Shown in pieces: positions 57,007 through 64,000 of a stretch of 64,000 bases of DNA. Positions within the stretch are counted from its first letter, which is position 1. Each line of letters starts with the position of its first letter. The DNA comes from Desulfobacterales bacterium (lineage in GTDB: Bacteria > Desulfobacterota > Desulfobacteria > Desulfobacterales > UBA2174): assembly GCA_963668645.2 (NCBI GenBank), contig CAXXWC010000008.1, positions 32,001-96,000 on the forward strand. The letters are read 5' to 3'. The translations under genes were made by a program, and so were the position numbers. The notes beneath the pieces were generated by a model. It saw only the letters and a list, made by a program, of their open reading frames with translations, was not told the origin of the DNA and searched no databases.

Positions 57007-57195
57007 AATTTTAAAAAATTCAGAGTTCTATTTTCAGTTTGTTATGAGGATTTGACGTTATGGAAAGTTGCTGATATATCAGATATCACATATTTAACAT
57101 CCATGGTCATCCGGGCGGGCAGTTACCGTGTATCGGTCAGGTTATCGATTGGCGCCCCTCCCCGGATGCCCCAACGGCAAAAGGAGAGACGAATA

Positions 57196-58929
57196 ATGGC
57201 AAAGCAGAAGATGACCCCCAGCGAGGCGTTGGTCGAAAGCATGGTCGCCGAAGGGGTGCGGGAAGTTTTCGGTATCGTCGGATCGGCCTACATGGATGCC
57301 CTGGATCTGTTTCCAGACGCCGGGATCCGTTTCATACCGGTGGCCCATGAACAGGCTGCGGCCCACGCGGCTGACGGCCTGGCCCGGGTCAGCGGCAGGC
57401 CGCAGGTCTGCATCGCCCAGAACGGTCCGGGTGCTGCCAATTTCGTATCGGCCATGGTGGCAGCCTACTGGGCCCATTCCCCGGTGGTGGCGATCACTCC
57501 GGAAACAGGTTCCATGGGCATCGGCACCGGCGGCTTCCAGGAGCTGGACCAGATGGCGATGTTCCAGCGCCAGACGGTCTACCAGGTGCGTGTCAACCGG
57601 CCCCAGCGCATGGCCGAACTGACCCGCCGGGCTTTTTACATGGCCAAGAACTTCAACGGTCCGACCCAGCTGAACATCCCCCGCGACTATTTTTACGGCG
57701 AGTGCAACGACGAAATCTACGAGACCCCGGTGATCCGCCGCGGCCCGGGCTCCATGGAGGATGTGGCCGAGGCCGCCCGCATCTTGGCCGAGGCCAAGTA
57801 TCCGGTGATCCTGGCCGGCGGCGGGGTCTCCCAGGCCGACGCGGTGGCCGAGGTCAAGGCCCTGGCCGAATATCTCACCGCCCCGGTGGTCAACAGCTAC
57901 CTGCACAACGACAGCTTCCCGGCCAGCCATCAGCTCGCCTGCGGCCCCATCGGCTACTGCGGCTCCAAGGCCGCCATGCGCACCATCAAGAAGGCCGACG
58001 TGGTCCTGGCCCTCGGTACGCGGCTGGGCCCCTTCGGCACCCTGCCCCAGTACGACATGGCCTACTGGCCGGACAACGCGCGCCTGATCCAGTGTGACAC
58101 CAACGTGGCCGTGCTCGGCCTGGCCAAGCGCGCCGACGTCTACAGCTGCGGCAACGTCAAGGAGTTCGCCGCCCTGCTGCTCGATCGCGTCAAGGGCCTG
58201 GCCCCCGGCCTCGGTCCCGATGCCGCCCGCCTGGCCGATGTCGCCAAGGAAAAGGCCGTCTGGGATGCGGAGATCGGCGAGTGGAGCGCCAGCGGCCAGT
58301 CGAAACCGATGCACCCGCGCCGCTTCCACCAGGAGTGGACCCGTGCCCTGCCCAAGGGCAGTATCGTGACCACCGACATCGGCAACAACTCCTCGATGAT
58401 CAACGCCTATCTGAAGTTCGAGGGCGTGCGCCAGCACATCAGCGCCCTTTCCTGGGGCAACTGCGGCTTTGCCTACGGCGCGGCCCTCGGCTGCAAGCTC
58501 GGCCGGCCCGATGTCCCGGTCATCGCCTTCCAGGGCGACGGGGCCTACGGGATCAGCGGGGTCGCCGAGGTGATGACCGCCGTGCGCGAAAACATCCCGG
58601 TGATCGCCATCGTGGCTTGCAACTACGAGTGGGGCGCCGAGAAGAAGAACCAGATCGACTACTACGACAACCGCTTCGTGGGCGCCAACCTGCCCACCAA
58701 CCCGGACTACGCCAAGCTGGCCGAGGACATGGGGGCCCTGGGCTTCCGCGTCGATCACCCCGACCAGGTCGGCGACGTAATGAAAGAGGCCATCGCTTCG
58801 GGACGGCCCTGCGTGATCAACGCCATCCTGGAAGGTGGAGAACGCGTATTGGCCGAGCCGTTCCGCCGTGACGCGCTCAACATGCCGGTGCGTCACCTTC
58901 CCAAGTACGCACACCTCAACGCCAAGTGA
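57196..58929 (+). CDS. xsc: Sulfoacetaldehyde acetyltransferase (ThDP enzyme)
   Basis: KMTPSEA, GIVGSA.MDALDLFP.AGI, QNGPG, IPRDYF, YLHNDSFP, GPIGY.GSKAAM, GDGA, WGAEKKNQIDYY.NRFV, EPFRRDAL; AAGGAG RBS. Confidence 0.9.
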   Translation: MAKQKMTPSEALVESMVAEGVREVFGIVGSAYMDALDLFPDAGIRFIPVAHEQAAAHAADGLARVSGRPQVCIAQNGPGAANFVSAMVAAYWAHSPVVAITPETGSMGIGTGGFQELDQMAMFQRQTVYQVRVNRPQRMAELTRRAFYMAKNFNGPTQLNIPRDYFYGECNDEIYETPVIRRGPGSMEDVAEAARILAEAKYPVILAGGGVSQADAVAEVKALAEYLTAPVVNSYLHNDSFPASHQLACGPIGYCGSKAAMRTIKKADVVLALGTRLGPFGTLPQYDMAYWPDNARLIQCDTNVAVLGLAKRADVYSCGNVKEFAALLLDRVKGLAPGLGPDAARLADVAKEKAVWDAEIGEWSASGQSKPMHPRRFHQEWTRALPKGSIVTTDIGNNSSMINAYLKFEGVRQHISALSWGNCGFAYGAALGCKLGRPDVPVIAFQGDGAYGISGVAEVMTAVRENIPVIAIVACNYEWGAEKKNQIDYYDNRFVGANLPTNPDYAKLAEDMGALGFRVDHPDQVGDVMKEAIASGRPCVINAILEGGERVLAEPFRRDALNMPVRHLPKYAHLNAK

Positions 58930-58930
58930 A

Positions 58931-58983
58931 GTTTCGCGGTGGGAAGCGATCAAGCGACTGCTTCCCACCGCGAACTTCTTTTT
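58931..58983 (+). terminator. Strong terminator-like hairpin between xsc and the ALDH gene
   Basis: TTCGCGGTGGGAAGC...GCTTCCCACCGCGAA 15-bp stem followed by CTTCTTTTT. Confidence 0.75.
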
Positions 58984-59016
58984 GATCTTGCCCCTTTCCA
59001 CAGGAGATAAGCAATC

Positions 59017-60573
59017 ATGACGTGTCCATTTACCCGCATTCGCAACTTTATCCACGGCGAATGGGTCGAGGAGACCGGGGCCGAGTACGTACCGCTCTTC
59101 AACCCTTCGACCGGTGAACAGATCGGTGAAGTTCCCCTGTCGTCACCGGAAACATCCAAGACCGCAGTGGCCTCCTGCGCCAGGGCTTACGACGAATGGC
59201 GGCGCCTTTCGGTGGGCAAACGGGTCGGTTACATCTTTGCCATCCGCCAGGCTATGATTGATGGGCTGGAGGATCTCGCCGTTGCCGTCGCCGTGGACCA
59301 GGCCAAACACATCAGCGAGGCCCGGGGTGAAGTCCAGCGGGTGATCGAAATCCTTGAAACCGCTTGCTCCATTCCTACCCTGCTTCAGGGAGAAACCCTC
59401 GATCACATCGCTGGCAACATCAACGGGCGCGTCATCAAGGCCCCCCTTGGCGTTTTCTGCGGGGTGGCCCCCTTCAACTTCCCGGCTCTGGTCTTCGGAT
59501 GGTTCATCCCCTTTGCCATCGGGGTCGGCAACACCTTCGTGTTCAAGCCTTCCACCCAGTCGCCTCTGTTCATGCAGAAGATGGGCGAGATCTTCCAGGC
59601 CGTCGGCCTGCCGCCGGGGGTGATCAACATCGTCCACGGCAACCGCCACATGGTCGAACCCTGGTACGACGATCCGAAGGTCGCCGGCGTCTGCCTGGTC
59701 GGGTCCACGCCCACGGCCAAAAAGATGGCCGAGGCCTGCGGCCGCGGCGGCAAGCGCTCCATGCTGCTGGGCGGCGCCAAGAATTTTCTCGTCGCCATGG
59801 AAGACGTGCAGTGGGACGTCTTCATCCAGAACTATATGCATTCCTGCTACGGTTCGGCGGGCCAGCGTTGCCTGGCCGGTTCCATCGTGGCCGCGGTGCC
59901 CGAGATCTACGACGAGCTGATCGAACGGCTGATCGCCGCCTCGCGCGACATCAAGATCGGCAACGCCATGGACCCGAACATCTACATGGGCCCGGTGATC
60001 AGCGCGGCGGCCAAGGCCAAGATCGAAAACTACATCGAAATCGGCATCAAGGAGGGCTCGCGGCTGGTCCTCGACGGGCGCAACCCCGAAGTGGCCGCCG
60101 ACTGCCGCAACGGCTACTACGTGGGGCCCACCATCTTCGCCGACGTGACGCCCTGCCGCACCATCGCCCGCGAGGAGATTTTCGGCCCCGTCGTGTCGGT
60201 GATGAAGATTTCCGGACTCGACGACGTGCTGCAACTCATCCGCAACCAGAACTTCGGCAACGGGGCGTGCATTTTCACCCAGAATCTCTACTACGCCGAA
60301 AAATTCATCTCCGAAGCAGATGTGGGCATGATCGGCGTCAACGTCGGGGTCCCAGCGCCGCATCCCTACCTGCCCTTCGGCGGCATCAAGGACTCGCATC
60401 TGGGCACCAACAAGGTCCAGGGCAAGGACGGGATCGACTTCTTCACCCAGAACAAGATCGCCACGGTTCGCTTTGCGGCGCCCACCGGGCCTTGCACCGC
60501 GTCGGCCGGTGCCGACGCATCTTCGGTCGCGGGCCAAAAACCGCCGGCGGTACGTAGCTGCGTCGCATCCTAA
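59017..60573 (+). CDS. CoA-acylating aldehyde dehydrogenase, (methyl)malonate-semialdehyde dehydrogenase family
   Basis: PFNFP, GNTFVFKPS, VGST..A, LLGGAKN (no general-base Glu), GSAGQRC, EEIFGP, GNGACIFT, GMIGVNVGVPAP. Confidence 0.85.
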   Translation: MTCPFTRIRNFIHGEWVEETGAEYVPLFNPSTGEQIGEVPLSSPETSKTAVASCARAYDEWRRLSVGKRVGYIFAIRQAMIDGLEDLAVAVAVDQAKHISEARGEVQRVIEILETACSIPTLLQGETLDHIAGNINGRVIKAPLGVFCGVAPFNFPALVFGWFIPFAIGVGNTFVFKPSTQSPLFMQKMGEIFQAVGLPPGVINIVHGNRHMVEPWYDDPKVAGVCLVGSTPTAKKMAEACGRGGKRSMLLGGAKNFLVAMEDVQWDVFIQNYMHSCYGSAGQRCLAGSIVAAVPEIYDELIERLIAASRDIKIGNAMDPNIYMGPVISAAAKAKIENYIEIGIKEGSRLVLDGRNPEVAADCRNGYYVGPTIFADVTPCRTIAREEIFGPVVSVMKISGLDDVLQLIRNQNFGNGACIFTQNLYYAEKFISEADVGMIGVNVGVPAPHPYLPFGGIKDSHLGTNKVQGKDGIDFFTQNKIATVRFAAPTGPCTASAGADASSVAGQKPPAVRSCVAS

Positions 60574-60669
60574 AACGCGTTGCCCCCCCCCGCGCAAAGG
60601 GCTGAGTGCATCACGCGGAGGGGGGCGGTTTCAACGCCAAATACCACGTAGCGCAGAGAGGACATCGAT

Positions 60670-61140
60670 ATGGAATACACGCGCATCATGGTGGCGATCG
60701 ATCCTGACAGCCAGGGACACGCCCCGGTCTTTGCCCGTGCCTTGGCCCTGGCCGGTTGGGAAACCCACCTTCTGATTGCCGCTTGCCTCGATGCGGTTAC
60801 CGCCGCCGAATTAACCGACAGCGTCGGCACGCTGGTGGACCCCGATTCCTCTGCGGCCCAGAACGCGCTGCAGCACCGCCGCCAGGTGGCTTATTCCCGC
60901 AGCCAGGCGCTGATCGACGAACTCGCCCAAGAGGCCCGGGTCCGTGTCGGCATCACGGTCCAGACGTCCGTGCAGGCGGGTCAGCCCGGCCCCCTGCTTT
61001 GCCAACTGGCACGCGACTGGAAGGCGGATTTGTTTGTTTTGGGCCTGACGCGTCGCGGACAACTGGTCGACTGCCTGCTGGGCAGCGTCACCCAGTACGT
61101 GGTGCACCACGCGCCCTGTTCGGTATTGTTGGTGCATTGA
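60670..61140 (+). CDS. Universal stress protein
   Basis: RIMVAID, G.PG..LC..A....ADL.VLG, LLGSVT.YVVHHAPCSVLLV. Confidence 0.92.
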   Translation: MEYTRIMVAIDPDSQGHAPVFARALALAGWETHLLIAACLDAVTAAELTDSVGTLVDPDSSAAQNALQHRRQVAYSRSQALIDELAQEARVRVGITVQTSVQAGQPGPLLCQLARDWKADLFVLGLTRRGQLVDCLLGSVTQYVVHHAPCSVLLVH

Positions 61141-61199
61141 AATCTACTAACCGTACCGCGTCGCCAAAACGTCGCCGGTCCACATCGATAGGGGGATGC

Positions 61200-61955
61200 G
61201 TGGGAAACGATTCTGGCCGCAGGACCAAGATCGAGGTCAAGAACCTGACCAAACAATTCGGCGATCTGATGGTCTTGGATCACATCAACTTTCACGTTGC
61301 CGACGGTGAATTTCTGGCCATCGTGGGCCCCACCGGCTGCGGCAAGACGACTTTCTTGAACTGCCTGTCCAAGCTGCTGCAAAGTTCCGAAGGTGACATC
61401 TTCATCGACGGAGAGGTGGCCAATCCCCGGCGGCACAATATCTCGTTTGTCTTCCAGGAGCCGACCTGCATGCCCTGGCGCACCGTACGCCAGAACGTGG
61501 CCTACGGCATGGAGGTCAAGAAGTTCCCCAAGCCGGAACTCGAACGCAAGCTCGACGAGATCCTCAAGCTGGTGGGGCTCACCGACACCGCCGGACTCTA
61601 TCCGAACCAGGTGTCGGCCAGCATGATGCAGCGCATCGCCGTGGCCCGGGCCTTCGCCGTCAACCCCGACCTGCTGCTGATGGACGAACCCTACGGGCAG
61701 TTGGACGTCAAGCTGCGGTTCTACCTGGAAGACGAGCTGATCAAACTCTGGCAGACCCTCAAGAGCACCGTGATTTTCGTCACCCACAACATCGAAGAGG
61801 CGGTCTACGTGGCCGAACGGATACTGGTGCTCAGCAACAAGCCGACCACGATCAAGGCCGAGGTCCCCGTGGACCTGCCGCACCCGCGCAACATGATGGA
61901 CCCGGAATTTGTTGACATTCGCAAGCATGTCACGGAGCTAATCCGCTGGTGGTAA
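61200..61955 (+). CDS. TauB/SsuB-type ABC ATP-binding subunit
   Basis: [43 protein letters not shown] at 61200 after AGGGGG. The ABC signature reads VSASM rather than LSGGM. Confidence 0.9.
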   Translation: MGNDSGRRTKIEVKNLTKQFGDLMVLDHINFHVADGEFLAIVGPTGCGKTTFLNCLSKLLQSSEGDIFIDGEVANPRRHNISFVFQEPTCMPWRTVRQNVAYGMEVKKFPKPELERKLDEILKLVGLTDTAGLYPNQVSASMMQRIAVARAFAVNPDLLLMDEPYGQLDVKLRFYLEDELIKLWQTLKSTVIFVTHNIEEAVYVAERILVLSNKPTTIKAEVPVDLPHPRNMMDPEFVDIRKHVTELIRWW

Positions 61956-62131
61956 GTTAAGGGGTGCCCACGTTGTGGGCCACCGCCGGCCTACACTGTG
62001 CCGAGGATCGAAAGGGGGTGGTCACAGACCGCTGGCTTGCTAGCGGGCCAGCCCAAGACCGTATCCATTGGGTTCCAAAATTTTTGAGAATCGGCTTTCC
62101 ACAACCGTTTGCATGTAAAGGAGAGAGGACC

Positions 62132-63223
62132 ATGAGACGTAATGCGCTGTTGCCCCTAGTCGTCATGTTGACCGCTGTGTTGATCCTGTCAGGCGTCGGT
62201 ACGGCCTTTGCGAAGGATTTGGTCAAACTGCCCACCTGCTGGATGCCGGAACATGAACTATTTTTCGGCTGGTACGCCAAGGAGATGGGATGGGACAAGG
62301 AAGAGGGACTGGATTTCGAACTGCTCTACTTTGAAAGCGGTATGTCCCAGCTCGAGGCCCTGCCGGCCAAGCAGTGGGCCCTGGGCGCCACCGGCGGTGT
62401 GCCCCACGTGATGGGCGCCCTGCGCTACAACGCCCAGTTCATCGGGCTCGGCAACAACGAGTCGTTTCTCAACTGCGTCTACGCCCGTGCCGACAACCCC
62501 GTGGTCAAGACCAAGGGAAACAACCCCAAATGCCCAGAAGTGCTTGGCAAACCCGCGGACCTCAAGGGCAAGACCTTCCTGGTGACCACGGCTTCCTCGG
62601 CCCACTTCGCCATGAGCACCTACCTGCAGGCCCTGGGCCTCAAGGACAGTGACGTAGTGGTCAAACAGATGGACCAGGCCTCGATCATGGCGGCCTTCGA
62701 GTCGGGTATCGGCGACTTTGCCTGCCTGTGGGCCCCGTACACTTACAAGGCCGAGGCCAACGGCTGGGTCGAAGTGTCCAATGTCAACAAGGCCGGCGCG
62801 GCCCTGCCGATCAACTTCGTGGGCGACAAGGATTTTTGCGAAAAGAATCCCGAGATCGTGGCCAAGTTCCTGCGCGTGATGTTCCGCGGCATCAACAAGC
62901 TGGCCGAAGAAGGCGCCACCGACGCCAACATCAAGCTCTTCCAGCGTATGTACAAGGAATGGGCCGGCATGGAGTACTCCTACGAAGACGCCAAGAAGGA
63001 CATCGAAATGCACCCGGTATGGAAGCTCGACGAGCAGTTGAAGATCTTCGATGCTTCCAAGGGCGAAAGTCAGGCCCAGGTTTTCGAACGCCTGATCGCC
63101 GAACTGCTGCTGCATGCCAACGGCCGCATCACCGATGCCGAGCTGGCCAAAGTGTCCAAGGGCGACTGGATCACCGACAAGTACCTGAAGATGGTCAAGA
63201 CCCCCATCCCATCGTACAAATGA
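62132..63223 (+). CDS. TauA/SsuA/NMT1-type substrate-binding protein
   Basis: Signal peptide (AFA-K), GWDKEEGL...FESG, DLKGKT...SSAH, LWAP; AAGGAG/GAGG RBS. Confidence 0.87.
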   Translation: MRRNALLPLVVMLTAVLILSGVGTAFAKDLVKLPTCWMPEHELFFGWYAKEMGWDKEEGLDFELLYFESGMSQLEALPAKQWALGATGGVPHVMGALRYNAQFIGLGNNESFLNCVYARADNPVVKTKGNNPKCPEVLGKPADLKGKTFLVTTASSAHFAMSTYLQALGLKDSDVVVKQMDQASIMAAFESGIGDFACLWAPYTYKAEANGWVEVSNVNKAGAALPINFVGDKDFCEKNPEIVAKFLRVMFRGINKLAEEGATDANIKLFQRMYKEWAGMEYSYEDAKKDIEMHPVWKLDEQLKIFDASKGESQAQVFERLIAELLLHANGRITDAELAKVSKGDWITDKYLKMVKTPIPSYK

Positions 63224-63257
63224 GCTGATGCCCGGTTGATCCACTGACGACACCAAC

Positions 63258-63285
63258 GGGGTTGGGGCGTCAGCGCTCCGACCCC
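63258..63285 (+). other. Intercistronic stem-loop between binding-protein and permease genes
   Basis: GGGGTTGGGGCG-TCAG-CGCTCCGACCCC 12-bp stem with no T tract. Confidence 0.6.
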
Positions 63286-63355
63286 AACGCCAACCGCGGC
63301 CCTGGCCTTTGCGCCGCCCCAGCGCGCCGGGGGCCCCCTGGGAGGATGTTTCTCC

Positions 63356-64000
63356 ATGGCTTACGAGGAAATTAAAGTACGCACCCCGCTCTATCTCAAG
63401 ATTCTGCCGGTGTTGAGCATCTGCGCCTTTTTCGGCGGCTGGGAAGTGATCGTGCAGACCGGTGTGGTGCCCTCCACGATGCTGGCCGCGCCCAGCGAAG
63501 TCGTGCGGCTGTTCGTGGACAAACTCACCAACGTCAACCCCGATGGGGCACTGCTGCACCAGCACGCCTGGATGAGCCTCAAGGAAGCCGGCATCGGCTA
63601 CCTTCTCTCGCTCCTGGTGGGCCTTCCCCTGGGGCTGCTGATGGGATGGTTCACCACCGTGCGCGGACTCTTCCGGCCGATCTTCGAGCTGATCCGGCCC
63701 ATCCCGCCCATCGCCTGGATCCCCCTGTGCATCTTCTGGTTCGGCATCGGGCTGTGGGGCAAGGTCTTCATCATCTGGATCGCGGGAATCGTGCCCTGCG
63801 TGATCAACGCCTGGGTGGGGGTCGGGATGACCAACCCCACGCTGATCCAGATGGCCCGCACCTACGGGGCCAGCGACTGGCAGATTTTCACCAAGATCTG
63901 CATCCCCTCGGCGCTTCCGATGGTCTTCGGCGCCCTGCAGATCGCTTTGGCCTACTGTTGGACCAACCTGGTCGGCGCAGAACTGCTGGCAGCCGACCAA
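63356..64000 (+). CDS. TauC/SsuC-type ABC permease (3'-truncated by the window; absent from the ORF track)
   Basis: Read manually: GGAGG RBS, MAYEEIKVRTP...GLPLGLLMGW...IRPIPPIAWIP...WFGIG...ARTYGAS...IPSALP...LVGAELLAA. Confidence 0.92.
   Translation, partial: MAYEEIKVRTPLYLKILPVLSICAFFGGWEVIVQTGVVPSTMLAAPSEVVRLFVDKLTNVNPDGALLHQHAWMSLKEAGIGYLLSLLVGLPLGLLMGWFTTVRGLFRPIFELIRPIPPIAWIPLCIFWFGIGLWGKVFIIWIAGIVPCVINAWVGVGMTNPTLIQMARTYGASDWQIFTKICIPSALPMVFGALQIALAYCWTNLVGAELLAADQ

Noticed and set aside
56995..57195. N-terminal extension of xsc in the ORF track
   Set aside because: AT-rich promoter-like sequence; the RBS and the Xsc N-terminus fit ATG 57196.
60756..61199. N-terminal extension of the ABC ATPase ORF
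   Set aside because: It overlaps the USP gene in another frame; the likely start is GTG 61200.
1..64000. CRISPR array, IS/transposase, prophage, selenocysteine read-through or programmed frameshift
   Set aside because: No regularly spaced repeats or mobile-element proteins seen; recognised genes look full length in one frame. This was a manual read, so short or degenerate elements could be missed.

Overview
GC-rich bacterial chromosomal window. The Desulfovibrio-type bacterioferritin, DUF362 protein, sigma-54 activator and overall protein style suggest an anaerobic Desulfobacterota/deltaproteobacterium; this is inference, no search was run. In order it holds: tRNA-Val and a truncated tRNA; the tRNA-Leu-tig-clpP-clpX-lon cluster; tRNA-Pro; an SLC13-type permease and a DUF362 Fe-S protein preceded by a sigma-54-type structured leader or sRNA; a membrane-anchored sigma-54 activator after a pilin-less type IV filament/T2SS-like operon (PilT, PilM-N fusion, PilO-like, PilP/GspB-like, lipidated secretin, ExeA-LysM, MshEN-PilB, PilC); an ECF sigma; two head-to-head MTA/SAH-deaminase paralogues, PNP, a GcvT-SHMT fusion and diaminopropionate ammonia-lyase; YaiI, Uup, a CBS protein, a degenerate YchF and ydbH-ynbE-ydbL; a radical SAM/cNMP pair and a NAGPA-like protein; a MacAB-type exporter divergent from an ECF/anti-sigma operon with twin ECF promoters; OmpA, a CoA-(per)sulfide reductase-rhodanese, LdtD, MepK, YbaK, DUF3124, RluA and Bfr. 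It ends in an organosulfonate locus (xsc, CoA-acylating ALDH, USP, Tau/Ssu-type ABC transporter) that runs off the right edge. No CRISPR array, transposase, integrase or rRNA was seen. Best leads: the sigma-54 anti-Shine-Dalgarno RNA candidate, the xsc/MMSDH-like pairing, the GcvT-archaeal-like SHMT fusion, the twin ECF promoters, the inverted repeat inside the deaminase pair, and the hybrid filament system.
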